Made by a program: the position numbers and the translations under genes
Origin: an uncultured Gemmatimonadota bacterium
GTDB taxonomy: Bacteria; SM23-81; DAOVCL01
Length of the DNA stretch: 64,000 nt
Direction: 5' to 3'
Assembly: GCA_964626665.1 (NCBI GenBank)
Contig: CAZVGK010000016.1
Coordinates: 1 to 64,000 of the forward strand
The notes under the pieces: model-generated
Told to the model about the DNA's origin: nothing
The model's input: only the letters and a program-made list of their open reading frames with translations
The model's database searches: none
Shown here: positions 29,054 to 42,501 of the stretch, piece by piece
Layout: the number at the start of each line of letters is the position of its first letter
Numbering within the stretch: the first letter of the stretch is position 1

Positions 29054-29745
29054 TTGCTTAACTCCTTAAATGCTTTTTTAAAAAATACTTTTCTCTCTAA
29101 ATCGAACAGTTCTTCGCTTTCCTTTTCCTTCCAGTAAATATTTCTTAACTTGAAAGCTTTCTCATAATATCTCTCTAATAATTCTTCCCAAGAATCAGTA
29201 TCTATAGGCTTAGTCGCCGAATGACGTCTGACATATATAGTGCCAGCGTGCAAGCTGGGTTTATCTTTACTTCCATCTCTATAGCTGTAATTTCCATTTA
29301 TGATGTGAGGTCTACTCCTAAATTCAGGAATATAGATCAAACCTACTCCGATAGATTTGCCTTTGTTATTCTCGAATTTGCCAACATATGTGTGCAAATT
29401 AATAGGTGGTGATATGAATTTTGATAATGTTTGCGAAATTTTAGTTGGGTCTAAATCACTTTGCGTTTTTTCGTTGATTCCGATGACCTCACGAGCCTTA
29501 GGTTCTATACCAATGACAATATATCCTCCACCGACATTGGAGAATGCCGAAACATCTTTACTAAACTCTTGGCATGTCTTTTTATTAGAAGCACTAAATG
29601 TGGATTTATAGTCTACCCTGTTAGTTTCCCTCTTAAAGCTAACTAGCAAAGATAGGTTTTTATCATCAAGAACACCTACTTGTAATCCTCGAGGGTAATC
29701 TATATCTTCATTTTTTTGAAAATCTCTACTTGCAAAATCATTCAT
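29050..29745 (-). CDS. Schlafen/AlbA_2 domain protein
   Basis: RETNRVDYK (E-x4-D-x-K), KDVSAFSNVGGGYIVIGI, IYVRR. Confidence 0.85.
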   Translation of the reverse strand: MNDFASRDFQKNEDIDYPRGLQVGVLDDKNLSLLVSFKRETNRVDYKSTFSASNKKTCQEFSKDVSAFSNVGGGYIVIGIEPKAREVIGINEKTQSDLDPTKISQTLSKFISPPINLHTYVGKFENNKGKSIGVGLIYIPEFRSRPHIINGNYSYRDGSKDKPSLHAGTIYVRRHSATKPIDTDSWEELLERYYEKAFKLRNIYWKEKESEELFDLERKVFFKKAFKELSK

Positions 29746-29996
29746 AAAAATGTCCTCTTATGTTCTTAAGGCGATACCCTAACAGGTTGGCGGATAAGCG
29801 GAATCTTGACTTGTGAAGACTTAGGAGGAGAAATTGGAAAACAGTTCGATGAATTAAATGAGCTCAAATCTATTTAAGCACTCTGTCTTTCAGTCACGGC
29901 GTGAGATGAGCTTCGCAGTAAGAAAATGAAAAGAACCAGACGAGTCGTCTTATCTGGCACAATGCTCTAGACATATCCGCTGGGAGAATGGTGCCT

Positions 29997-32425
29997 CTAC
30001 CCCTCCGCTACCACCCTGGCTACATCGGTGACCTTGTCGCCCGGGGCGAGGTTGATGAGCTTCACTCCCTGGGAGGCGCGGCCACACCTCCTGATCCCTC
30101 CCACCTTTATCCTGATGATCACCCCATTTACCGTGGCCAGCATTATCTCATCCTTCTCCACCACCTCCATAATGGAGACCACCGGGCCATTCTTGGCCGT
30201 TATCTTGGCAGAAACTATCCCCTTCCCCCCTCGGTTGGTTACCCGATAGTCGGAGATCCCGGTTCGCTTGCCGAAGCCATTCTCGGTGACCACTAAAAGA
30301 TCGGCCTCCCTGCGCACCACCACCATCCCCACGACCCAATCGTCCTTTCCCAACTGCATCCCCCTTACCCCACGGGCAGATCTCCCCATACTCCTTACCT
30401 TGGCCTCTGGGAACCTCACCGCCTTGCCCCACCTGCTTCCCAAGATCACCTCTGCCTTTCCATCGGTGAGCTCCGCTCCAATCAATTGGTCATCTCCATC
30501 GATGGAGGCAGCTCTCACCCCTCCCCGGCGGAGATGGGCGAAGTCGCTCAGCGCAACCTTCTTGATCGTCCCCCTCATAGTGGCTAAGATGACGAATCTT
30601 CCGGGATCAAAATCGCCCACCGCTACCGAGGCGGCAACCTTCTCCTCCTTGCCTACCTGCAGGAGGTTGACAATGGGCCTACCCTTGGCTAACCTTCCCC
30701 CGCTGGGTAATTGATAGACCTTCACCCCATAGCACCTCCCCAAGGTGGTGAAGAAAAGAAGCCAGGAATGGGTGGAGGCAATGAATAGATGTTCGACGAA
30801 ATCCTCCTCCTTTGTGCCCATACCCATAAGGCCCTTTCCTCCCCTGTGCTGCCGGCGGTAGCTGGAGATGGGCAACCTCTTTATATACCCGCTGTGGGAT
30901 ATGGTAATGGCCATATCCTCCTCGGCAATGAGGTCCTCCATCTTGAATTCCTCTTCCTCCTCCACGATCTCCGTGCGCCGCTCATCCCCATACTTCTGAC
31001 CCAAACTGAGGAGCTCCTCCCTGATTATCCCCATCCTCTGGGCCCTGTTCTCCAATATCCCCTTTAGCTTGGCGATAAGCTTTATCTTCTCTAAATACTC
31101 CTCCTCTATCTTCTCCCTCTCCAGCCCGGTGAGTCGGGCCAATCTCATATCCAAGACAGCCTGAGCCTGCAGTTCGGATAGGCCGAACCTCTTCATTAGG
31201 GCGGCCTTAGCGAGCTGCGGATTGCGAGACCCCTTGATGATGGCCACTACCTCGTCGATATTCTCCACGGCAACCTTTAGGCCCTCTAAAATGTGGGCCC
31301 TCTCCTCGGCCTTCCTCAGCTCGAACTTCGTCCTCCTGGTAATTACCTCGTGGCGGTGGGCCAGAAACAGACCCAGTATCTCCTTAAGGCTCATTACTTT
31401 CGGTTGGCCAGCGGAGAGACAGAGCAAAATGATGCCAAAGGTTACCTGTAGCTGGGTATGTTTGTAAAGCTGGTTCAAGATCACCTCTGGCTGGGCATCC
31501 CTCTTCAGTTCCACCACTATCCTCATCCCCTCCCGATCAGACTCATCCCGCAGTTCGGCCATCCCTTCCACGAGCTTATCTCTGGCCAGCTTAGCTATAT
31601 CCTCTAAGAGGTGGGTCTTGTTCACCTGATAGGGGATCTCGGAGATAATCAGGCTTACCCTGCCAGTTTCTAACCTCTCTATACTTGCCCTCCCCCTCAG
31701 GGTTATCTTCCCCTTACCGGTGCGGTAGGCCTGGTTGATCCCCCCAGTCCCCGTTATTATGCCCCCGGTGGGAAAATCAGGTCCCTGGATGTATTCCCTC
31801 AGGGCAGCGGCCTCTAGCTGGGGGTCATCGATGAGGGCAACCAGGCCCCCAATGACCTCTGTAAGGTTGTGAGGGGGAATGTTGGTAGCCATACCCACGG
31901 CAATGCCCGAGGAACCATTGCAGAGAAGATTGGGAAATTTCCCCGGCAGGACTACCGGTTCCTTCCTGGTGCTATCGTAGTTGGGGATGAAGTCCACCGT
32001 ATCCTTCTCCAAATCGGCCAACATCTCCATGGCAACGGGGGAGAGCCGGGCCTCGGTGTATCTCATTGCCGCCGGCGCGTCTCCATCTACGGAACCAAAG
32101 TTTCCCTGCCCCTCCACCAGGGGATACCTCATATTGAACTCCTGGGCCATCCTCACCAGGGTGGGATAGATGACCTGCTCCCCATGGGGATGGTAGTTTC
32201 CAGAGGTATCGCCGGCTATCTTCGCACATTTGCGGAAGGAGCTGTTCGGGGTGAGCTTGAGGTCGTTCATCGCCACCAAGATGCGGCGGTGGGAGGGCTT
32301 GAGCCCATCCCGCAGATCGGGAAGGGCCCGGGAGACTATCACGCTCATCGAATAATCTATATAGGAGGATTTCATCTCCTCCTCTATGTTTACCGAAACT
32401 ATCCTCTCCCTCAGCTCGTGTGCCA

Positions 32426-32426
<1 letters not shown>
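29997..32426 (-). CDS. gyrA: DNA gyrase subunit A
   Basis: RALPD.RDGLKP, YHPHG, AAMRYTE, GyrA-box QHRGGKG. Confidence 0.98.
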
Positions 32427-34627
<2,201 letters not shown>

Positions 34628-34628
<1 letters not shown>

Positions 34629-35734
34629 CAGGCAAGCTTAAGGGGCATTACCAGGCAGAGATAGTCCTCCCCTTCCTGGGGAACCTCACTCCGGATCAAC
34701 CCAGGGCTCAGGGGAGTTTTCAGCTCAATTGCTATCCTTTCCCCCTCCATCCGCTTTAAGACCTCTAAGATAAAGTAGGCATTGTATCCCACCTCCATCT
34801 CCTCCCCCTTATACTCCACCGCAATCACCTCCCTGGCCTCCCCGGCCAGCTCCGGGTTGGCCGCCTGCAACTCCATCTCCTTGGGCTTCAAGAGGAACTT
34901 CACCTGATGGGTAGTTTGGTTGGAGAGGATGGAGACCCTCCTGATGGCCGAGCTAAGGAGTTCCCTATCGGCTAAGAGGAGCTTGTCGTTGCCCTGGGGG
35001 ATAACTGCCTCGTAGTCCGGGTAGGGGCCCTCCAACAACCGCGAGTAGAGCTGGGTGGAACCGAGGTTGAAGATAAGGTTGTTCGGCTGCAGGAGAACCT
35101 CCACATCCTTCCCCGGGGCCAACCTGAGCAGGTGTTGCAGAACCTTAGGGGGAACGATCACCCCCTCCTCCACCCCTTCCAGCGAAACCCCTGCCAAACC
35201 TATCTTGGCCAAGCGATGGCCATCCGTGGCCACCATATCCATCCTCTCCCCCTTAATCTGCCAGAGAACCCCATTGAGCACGGGCCTGGCCTGGTCGGTG
35301 GAAACGGCAAACATCGTCTTCTCCACCATCCGAGAGAGGCTGTCTCCCGAGATGGTAAACTTCTTCTCGGATTCCAGCTTGGGGAACTCGGGGAAATCCC
35401 CCCTCTCGGCCTCCGCCAGCTTGTAGACCCCCTGGCCACATCTAATCGTTATCCTCCCCTGTTCTGACTCCACCTCCACCTCTGCGGGGGGGAGTTCCCT
35501 GATGATCTCGGCAAACTTCCTCGCGGGAACGACCATCCCCTCCTGGCCCTCCGGGCTCACATCCACCAACTGTGATATGGAGATGTCCAAATCAGTGGCC
35601 GATAGCTTCAACCTCCCATCCTCCGGCTCCATCAAGAGGTTGGAGAGGATGGGGAGGGTTGTCCTGAGAGGCACTACGCTCAAGACATCCCCTAAGGCCG
35701 AGGTCAAAACATCTTTCTGAGCTTTTATCCTCAT
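34628..35734 (-). CDS. dnaN: DNA polymerase III beta clamp
   Basis: LPILSN, ATDLDI, RPVLNGV, ATDGHRL, EGPYPDY, LVMPL. Confidence 0.97.
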
Positions 35735-35783
35735 CTCCCCTCCTTAAATTAAGCGAGGGCGCAAACCCCCGTTTACCTGATCA

Positions 35784-35812
35784 ATTATAACTCAAAACCC
35801 TGCTCAGGGCAA
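35784..35812 (-). promoter_or_regulatory. sigma70-like promoter for dnaN-DUF721-gyrBA
   Basis: TTGCCC-17 nt-TATAAT on the minus strand. Confidence 0.6.
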
Positions 35813-35943
35813 GGAAAATCGTCACCGTTAACAGGGAAAGGGACCAGTAATCAGTAGTCAGTTGCCGGTAGCCAGTAGCCAGGAACTTCCCCTGACCCCC
35901 GACTCCTGTCAACTGCTTCCTGACCTCTGTAAACTGGTCCCCG

Positions 35944-37095
35944 CTACCCCAACTTCGCGGCCATATCAGTTGCTTCCCAGGTAAAGTCAGGGTCCTCCCG
36001 GCCAAAGTGGCCATAGACCGAGGTCTTCCGGTAGATGGGCCGCAGGAGGTCAAGCATCTCTATTATCCCCTGCGGGGTAAGCTGAAAGTGGGAGCGAACC
36101 AGCTTTACCAGCTCCTCATCCGGTAACTTTCCCGTTCCCTGGGTATCCACCATCACGGAGACCGGCTCGGCCAGGCCAATGGCATAGGCCAACTGCACCA
36201 GACAGCTTTCGGCTAAGCCAGCGGCCACGATGTTCTTGGCTATATAGCGGGCCATATAGGAGGCAGAGCGATCCACCTTAGAGGGATCCTTCCCGGAGAA
36301 TGCCCCTCCTCCATGGGGAACCGTTCCCCCATAGGTGTCCACGATTATCTTCCTTCCGGTCATCCCCGTGTCGGACTGCGGCCCGCCAACCACGAACTTC
36401 CCCGTGGGGTTAACATAGAATTTAGTTGACTTATCAATTAGCTCCGGGGGAACAACCGGTTTGATTACCTCCTGGATAATCCTCTCCTTGGCCTCCTCGG
36501 TTATCTGGCTCCCCGTGGGATCGAGGATAGCCTCTGTGTGCTGACAGGAGATAACAGCCGCCTCTAACCTGCGGGGTTTCCCCCCATCATACTCTATAGT
36601 CACCTGGGATTTGCCATCCGGGCCCAAAAAATCAAGAATCCCTTCCTTTCTTACCTCGGCCAGCCTCTCCACCAACCTGTGGGCCAACCAGATGGGCAGG
36701 GGCATATATTGGGGGGTCTCCTTACAGGCGTATCCCACCATCAGGCCCTGATCCCCTGCCCCTCCCCGGTTTACCCCCTGGGCTATGTCCAGGGACTGGT
36801 GGCCGATGGCATTGAGAATGGCACAGCAGTTGTCAGTAAAGCCAAAGGAGGGATCGGTATAGCCCACATCCTTGATTACCCCCCTCACCAGGGTAGGCAG
36901 GTCCACCCAACCAGTAGTGGTGATCTCCCCCCCCACAGTGACCAGGCCCACGGTGACAAATGTCTCACAGGCCACCCTTCCCTTAATATCCTGCCGCAGA
37001 ACATCGTCTAAGACGGCATCCGATATCTGGTCACAGAGCTTGTCTGGATGTCCCTCGGTAACCGATTCCGAGGTCAAGAACCTTCTCTCGGGCAT
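35944..37095 (-). CDS. metK: S-adenosylmethionine synthetase
   Basis: [44 protein letters not shown]. Confidence 0.98.
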   Translation of the reverse strand: MPERRFLTSESVTEGHPDKLCDQISDAVLDDVLRQDIKGRVACETFVTVGLVTVGGEITTTGWVDLPTLVRGVIKDVGYTDPSFGFTDNCCAILNAIGHQSLDIAQGVNRGGAGDQGLMVGYACKETPQYMPLPIWLAHRLVERLAEVRKEGILDFLGPDGKSQVTIEYDGGKPRRLEAAVISCQHTEAILDPTGSQITEEAKERIIQEVIKPVVPPELIDKSTKFYVNPTGKFVVGGPQSDTGMTGRKIIVDTYGGTVPHGGGAFSGKDPSKVDRSASYMARYIAKNIVAAGLAESCLVQLAYAIGLAEPVSVMVDTQGTGKLPDEELVKLVRSHFQLTPQGIIEMLDLLRPIYRKTSVYGHFGREDPDFTWEATDMAAKLG

Positions 37096-37103
37096 CTTCC
37101 CCC

Positions 37104-38090
37104 CTATTTAAGCGATTTGAAATCTATAGTCGATGAGTCACCCACATTCAGCCGGGTAAAATTCCCCTTAACCACTGCATTCTCCCCCACCAAGGAAGAA
37201 TGCAGCAGGCAGTTGGTCACTTCTGCCCGCGCCCCAATAATGGAGTCCGAGATGATAGCCCCCTCTATCTTAGCCCCATCCCCCACTGAGAGGTGGGGAC
37301 CTAAGATGGAGTTCTCCACCCGGGCTGAGGGGGCTAAATAGACCGGTGGGGTAATGACACACCCCTTCCTCTCCTCTGGCCCAGGCATCCCCTGGAGGAG
37401 GTGACGGTTGGTGGCCAGCAGGCTCTCCGGCCGGCCACAATCCCACCAATTTTCCACCGGAAATACGGTCAGCCTTCCCCCCCGCTGCACCATAAGCTGG
37501 AAAGCATCGGTTAGTTGATACTCTCCCTTATTGGTTATCCCCTTCTCCATTAGCTCATTCAGGCAGGAGAAGAGAAGATTTGAGTTGTGGATAAAGTTTA
37601 ACCCCACTATGGCCAGCCCCGGGGAGGAAACCCCCGGCTTCTCCACCAACCTCTTTACCACTCCCCCTTCCAGCTCCACCACTCCAAAGGAGCCGGCATC
37701 CTCCACCCTCTTTACCCCTATTGAACCATCCACCTTGGGATTTATCCCCTCCCTTAAATCACCTTCAAATATAGTATCACCATAGACGATGAGGAGGGAC
37801 CTTTCCTTTACCCTATCCCTGGCCAGCCAGACGGAGTGGCCTAAGCCCTTTAACTCCCTCTGATGGACAAAGCTAATGGGGATCTCATATCTTCCCCTTA
37901 CCCACTCCTGGATCTTCTCGCCCATAGTCCCCACCACCAGGATCACCTCCTCCAGGCCTAACCCCACAATCTCATCTAATATATGGCCTAAGATGGGCTT
38001 GCCGGCCACCTGGAGTAGGGCCTTGGGCAGGCTATGGGTGTGGGGACGCAGCCTCCTCCCCTCTCCAGCGGCGGGGATGAGACCAATCAT
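37104..38090 (-). CDS. sugar-phosphate nucleotidyltransferase (glucose-1-phosphate thymidylyltransferase-like, long form)
   Basis: [12 protein letters not shown]...PK, GLGHSV, YGD, EKP, WWDCG, hexapeptide tail. Confidence 0.9.
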   Translation of the reverse strand: MIGLIPAAGEGRRLRPHTHSLPKALLQVAGKPILGHILDEIVGLGLEEVILVVGTMGEKIQEWVRGRYEIPISFVHQRELKGLGHSVWLARDRVKERSLLIVYGDTIFEGDLREGINPKVDGSIGVKRVEDAGSFGVVELEGGVVKRLVEKPGVSSPGLAIVGLNFIHNSNLLFSCLNELMEKGITNKGEYQLTDAFQLMVQRGGRLTVFPVENWWDCGRPESLLATNRHLLQGMPGPEERKGCVITPPVYLAPSARVENSILGPHLSVGDGAKIEGAIISDSIIGARAEVTNCLLHSSLVGENAVVKGNFTRLNVGDSSTIDFKSLK

Positions 38091-39148
38091 AGCTTAGCCA
38101 ATTCCCCCTTAAGCCAGTCTATCCTGGCCACCGGGGTGGGATCAACCCCCTCCAAAATCGCCACCCACCAGCTCACCCAATCTCCTAAATAGATGAGGGA
38201 GAAGACCCTCTCTAAAAGGTTCCCCCCAGAACTTTCTAACCTTAAGACCTCCACCCCCTCCTTCTCCATCATCCCCCTGATGAGCTCCATGCGGGAGAGG
38301 ATCCGGGGATGATAATCCCTATCCTGGAGGAATACGGAGATGACCTTCTCCTTTATCCCTCCCCCTACCTCCCAACCCACGGTCTCATTGTGGTTCATCT
38401 CCGGAAAGAAGCTGGTAAAGGAGAGGGTCTTGGCATTCTCCGCCAATTGTCCCTTCCATCGCACCCCCACCGCCTCAAACGGGCCGGGGGCCGAGTAGAT
38501 AAGGGGAAGCTTCCGGTAAAGTTTCTCCGCTACCCTTTTGGCCAGATTCCCCTGAGCTGGGCTCTGCGGGCGGTATTGTTCCCGCAACCCCCTCAACCTA
38601 TCAGCCAGCCCTGCGGTCGACAAATCCTCCAGACCAAAGAGCTTTCCCAAGCTCAGGAGGATGGGGAAAAAGGAGTAGGCCAAGGCAGCCCGCGGGGGGA
38701 AGCCGGTAGGGATTTTTACCCAGGGACAACCATCCTTAGTGGCCAATTCTCCTAACCTTCCCCCGGTGGTGATGACCATTACCTTCTCCCCCCGGGAGAT
38801 GGCCTCCCGGTAACTGCTCAGGGTCTCCTCAGTGTTGCCAGAATAGCTGGAGCAAATCACCAGCCATCCCCGGTTTACCCACTGGGGCAGGATATAGTCC
38901 CTCACCACTGCAATGGGAAGCGCAAAGGACTGGGAGAGATAACCGCGCACTAAATCTCCCCCAATGGCTGACCCCCCCATGCCCAAAACGGCCACCCCCT
39001 GCAACCCCTTCCATAAGGGGAGCTGTGCATTACGACCAATCTCTATGGCCTCTTTCACCTGTTCGGGAAAACCCAGGAGGTGCTCCACCATCCCGGATTT
39101 GTCCACCTCCCCTGGAAGGGAGGGATTGTCCAAAATATCAACCATCAA
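38087..39148 (-). CDS. bifunctional phosphoglucose/phosphomannose isomerase
   Basis: GMGGSAIGG, SYSGNTEET, PRAA, RWKGQLAENAK, PEMNHNE, GVDP.PV..I..LK. Confidence 0.93.
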   Translation of the reverse strand: MMVDILDNPSLPGEVDKSGMVEHLLGFPEQVKEAIEIGRNAQLPLWKGLQGVAVLGMGGSAIGGDLVRGYLSQSFALPIAVVRDYILPQWVNRGWLVICSSYSGNTEETLSSYREAISRGEKVMVITTGGRLGELATKDGCPWVKIPTGFPPRAALAYSFFPILLSLGKLFGLEDLSTAGLADRLRGLREQYRPQSPAQGNLAKRVAEKLYRKLPLIYSAPGPFEAVGVRWKGQLAENAKTLSFTSFFPEMNHNETVGWEVGGGIKEKVISVFLQDRDYHPRILSRMELIRGMMEKEGVEVLRLESSGGNLLERVFSLIYLGDWVSWWVAILEGVDPTPVARIDWLKGELAKL

Positions 39149-39414
39149 ATAATCTCCTTTCGTATCAGCTCACTGAGGTCAGTTGTCGGTTGTTGCGGAC
39201 TCTTTCTGCTCACTGGAAATTGATCCCTGAAAATCCTTAAAGCTGTGGCAGGGGTCTTTTGACCTATAAAGAGCTGTCAGCCCCGTTCCGACTGGATTCC
39301 TGGCGGAAGAGGTAACTCCTGACAGCACACTCTCGATTCTTTAAACTTTGCGTCCTTTGCGACTTTGCGGTGAATTATTTTATTGCGGCTTTGCCGCGCT
39401 GTGCCAGTCCGTGT

Positions 39415-41163
39415 CTATCCGTGGTGAACTGGGTTTAGCTGGGGGAAGTTATTTTTCAGGAGCCCCTCTAAGTATTTCCTCACCCCCTGTGGGGTGGGGA
39501 TTTTCAGGGCTTCCTGGGCTACCCTTTGGGCCAGGGAGTAGGCTGTCCCCCTGATCACAAACTTTATCTGGGGAATAGCCACCGGGGAGACGCTAAGCTC
39601 ATCTAAACCGAGCCCTAAGAGGGCAATTACGGCTGCGGGGTCCGCCCCCACCTCCCCACAGAGCCCCACCCAGATCCCCTGGCGATGACCCGCCTCCACC
39701 ACCCGGTTGACCAGTTGGAGAACTGCTGGATGCAGGGGCTCATAGAGGTAGGAGACATTGGGGTTTACCCTATCCACAGCCAGGCAGTACTGGGTGAGGT
39801 CGTTTGTGCCTATGCTGAAGAAGTCCACCTCTGAAGCCAGCAGATCGGCCAAGACGGCTGCAGAGGGGACCTCCACCATCATTCCCACCTGCACCCCCTC
39901 ATCAAACTCCCTCCCCTGCTCGCGCAACTCCTCCTTGGCCTCCTCAACTATCCCCTTGGCCTCCCTGATCTCCTCCACCCCGGAGATCATCGGAAACATA
40001 ATCCCCACCCTCCCATAGGCAGAGGCCAGCAGGATGGCGCGCAGCTGGGTCTTAAAGAACCCCTTGTTCTGTAGACAGAGCCTTATCCCCCTCCATCCCA
40101 AAAATGGGTTGACCTCCTGGGGAACCCGAAAATGGGAGACGAACTTATCCCCTCCCAAATCGACGGTCCTGATGATCACCAGACAATCCTTACAGGAACG
40201 AACCACCTGGGAATAGGCCGCAAACTGCTCATCCTCCCCAGGGAGCGTTTCCCTCATAAAGAGATATTCGGTGCGAAAGAGCCCCACCCCCACCCCTCCC
40301 CTTTTTTTAATCTCCGCGGCCTCCTCCGGCGCTTCGATGTTTGCCGAAAGCTCCACCCTCCTTCCATCAAGGGTCACCGCCGGGAGGTCCCTCACCTGGG
40401 AGAGAGTCTCCTCAAACTTAGCAATCCTATCCTTAAGCCGGCGGTACTCTCGCAGGGTCGTGGAGGAGGGGCGAAGGATTACCCTCCCGGTTTGGCCATC
40501 AACTACGAGCATATCCCCAGGCCCGATCTCCCCACATATCTGCTGGGTCCCCACCACTGCTGGTATCTCCAGGGAACGGGCCATAATAGCTGTGTGGGAG
40601 GTTCTTCCCCCCAGTTCGGTGACAAAACCAATTACCTTCTCCTTTCTCATCTGAGCCGTGTCCGAGGGGGAGAGGTCATGGGCAACCACGATCACCTCCT
40701 CCTTTAGCTTGGCCAGGACCTCCCTTTCCGTTCCCAGCAGGTGGGCCATTACGCGGGCCCCCACATCCCGGATATCCGCCACCCTCCCGCGAAAGTGCTC
40801 ATCTTCCATTGCCTCGAAATGGGAGATGATCTCCCCTATCCTCTCCCCAAATATGTGGGCCACGGAGAGCTTTCTCTTCCTTACCTCCTCCTCTACCCCC
40901 TGCAGGAAGACGAGGTCCTCCAACATCAGTAGGTGGGCGCCAAAGATGCCCTCCACCTCGTCTTGAGAATCATCCCGTAGCCTGGTCAGCTCCCCCTTGG
41001 CCCGGGAGAGCGCCTGGCGGAACGCGGCGATCTCCGCCTCCACCTGAGCAGGGGGAACCCTCACCGCGGGGGCCTTAAGCTCATCAACCCCTAAGAGAAA
41101 GACCTTACCTATGGCCACACCAGGGGAGACCCCTATCCCCTCTATCCTCTGTTCACTCCTCAT
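39415..41163 (-). CDS. ptsI: PTS enzyme I
   Basis: GGRTSHTAI (phospho-His), GLFRTEY, RTVDLGGDK, NPFLGWRGIR, SIGTNDLTQY, CGE. Confidence 0.96.
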   Translation of the reverse strand: MRSEQRIEGIGVSPGVAIGKVFLLGVDELKAPAVRVPPAQVEAEIAAFRQALSRAKGELTRLRDDSQDEVEGIFGAHLLMLEDLVFLQGVEEEVRKRKLSVAHIFGERIGEIISHFEAMEDEHFRGRVADIRDVGARVMAHLLGTEREVLAKLKEEVIVVAHDLSPSDTAQMRKEKVIGFVTELGGRTSHTAIMARSLEIPAVVGTQQICGEIGPGDMLVVDGQTGRVILRPSSTTLREYRRLKDRIAKFEETLSQVRDLPAVTLDGRRVELSANIEAPEEAAEIKKRGGVGVGLFRTEYLFMRETLPGEDEQFAAYSQVVRSCKDCLVIIRTVDLGGDKFVSHFRVPQEVNPFLGWRGIRLCLQNKGFFKTQLRAILLASAYGRVGIMFPMISGVEEIREAKGIVEEAKEELREQGREFDEGVQVGMMVEVPSAAVLADLLASEVDFFSIGTNDLTQYCLAVDRVNPNVSYLYEPLHPAVLQLVNRVVEAGHRQGIWVGLCGEVGADPAAVIALLGLGLDELSVSPVAIPQIKFVIRGTAYSLAQRVAQEALKIPTPQGVRKYLEGLLKNNFPQLNPVHHG

Positions 41164-41419
41164 TGAACTTAGCCCTTACCAGATCGCTAAGGGCAGCAAC
41201 GGCCTCCTTCTCATCACTACCTTGAGCGGTGATCTTTAGCTTGCTCCCCATACCGGCGGCCAACATCATCACTCCCATAATGCTCTTGGCATCAACCTCA
41301 TCATCGTCTTTAACCAATTTTATCTCGCTTTCGAACTTAGAGGCTAACTGCACGATAAGTGCGGCAGGTCGCACATGAATCCCCAACTTGTTGGAGATAA
41401 TAACAGTAGCCTCCTCCAC
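41153..41419 (-). CDS. ptsH: phosphocarrier protein HPr
   Basis: GIHVRPAA (His15), DAKSIMGVM (Ser46). Confidence 0.95.
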   Translation of the reverse strand: MEEATVIISNKLGIHVRPAALIVQLASKFESEIKLVKDDDEVDAKSIMGVMMLAAGMGSKLKITAQGSDEKEAVAALSDLVRAKFNEE

Positions 41420-42501
41420 TAAGCCCTCACGAATTGCTTTCCGGAAAGTTGTCTCACCAGGCCCTTAAGCTCCAGGGAGAGAAGAGTGGAGAGCACCCGG
41501 GAGGATGGATACTTAGTTTGACGAATGATCCTGTCCACATGGAGGGGCTCTGAGGAGAGAAGGGCAAAGATGATTGCCTCCTCCCCCTCAAGCTGCGGCG
41601 GAGGCTCATTGGCCAGGGCTTCCCCCACCATCCCCAGTTCCTCTAAGATATCATCGACCCCAGCGACAAGTTTGGCCCCCTCCTTAATCAATTGGTTTGC
41701 CCCCTTGCTGGCACGGGCATTTATGTTCCCCGGTATGGCAAACACCTCCCGCCCTTGCTCCAGGGCAGATTGGGCGGTGATCAAGGCCCCGCTCTTCTGG
41801 CCGGCCTCCACCACGATAACCCCCAAACTCAAACCGCTGATTAGCCTATTCCTCTGGGGAAAGTTCCCAGGTTCGGGAGATGTCCCCAGGGGAAACTCAG
41901 AGAGAACTGCCCCATGGTCCGCAATCTGGTTCATCAGCTCCCTGTTCTCCGGGGGATAGACCACATCGACCCCACATCCTAAAACGGCAATCGTCCTTCC
42001 CCCCGCCTGCAAAGCCCCCCGGTGGGCCGCGGAGTCGATCCCCCGGGCCATGCCGCTAACTATGGTTATCCCCCTTTTGGCCAACTGGAAGGCCAACCTC
42101 TCGGCAACCAACCTCCCATAGACGGTGGCCAACCGGGAGCCCACTATGGCCAGGGCCAGACCATCCCCCTCGGTTAGCTCTCCCCTAAAGTAGAGCAGAG
42201 GTGGCGGGTCATATATCTGGCGGAGGCGCTGGGGATAGAGCTGGGAGGAGAAGGCCAAAAGTTCCACCCCTTTGGCCTCCATCCGGGAGACCTCCTCCTG
42301 TGCCCATTTTCTGTCCCCACCTTTCAGGATGGCGGAGACCCCCCTTTTGTCCATACCGGGAACCGTGGCGAGCTGGGCGGGACTAGCCGCAAAGACCTCC
42401 TGCGGTGCCCCGAACCGGGAGATAAGGGCCGCAAACCTTTTGGGGCCAATCCCCAGGACTGAGGCCAAGCGAAGCCACTCCTCAATTTCTTCTCTCTTCA
42501 T
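41419..42501 (-). CDS. dprA: DNA-processing protein DprA
   Basis: AIVGSR, VSGMARGID..AH, FPQRNRLISGLS, SGALITA, C-terminal winged helix. Confidence 0.96.
   Translation of the reverse strand: MKREEIEEWLRLASVLGIGPKRFAALISRFGAPQEVFAASPAQLATVPGMDKRGVSAILKGGDRKWAQEEVSRMEAKGVELLAFSSQLYPQRLRQIYDPPPLLYFRGELTEGDGLALAIVGSRLATVYGRLVAERLAFQLAKRGITIVSGMARGIDSAAHRGALQAGGRTIAVLGCGVDVVYPPENRELMNQIADHGAVLSEFPLGTSPEPGNFPQRNRLISGLSLGVIVVEAGQKSGALITAQSALEQGREVFAIPGNINARASKGANQLIKEGAKLVAGVDDILEELGMVGEALANEPPPQLEGEEAIIFALLSSEPLHVDRIIRQTKYPSSRVLSTLLSLELKGLVRQLSGKQFVRA

Larger units (their letters stand above)
15830..29990 (-). mobile_element. AT-rich defence/TA cassette array downstream of gyrA; integron-cassette-like, no integrase in window
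   Basis: all genes co-oriented; RYYYAAC-like motifs shortly after stops and GTT/ATT-RRR motifs shortly before starts; repeated junction elements; truncated genes. Confidence 0.75.
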
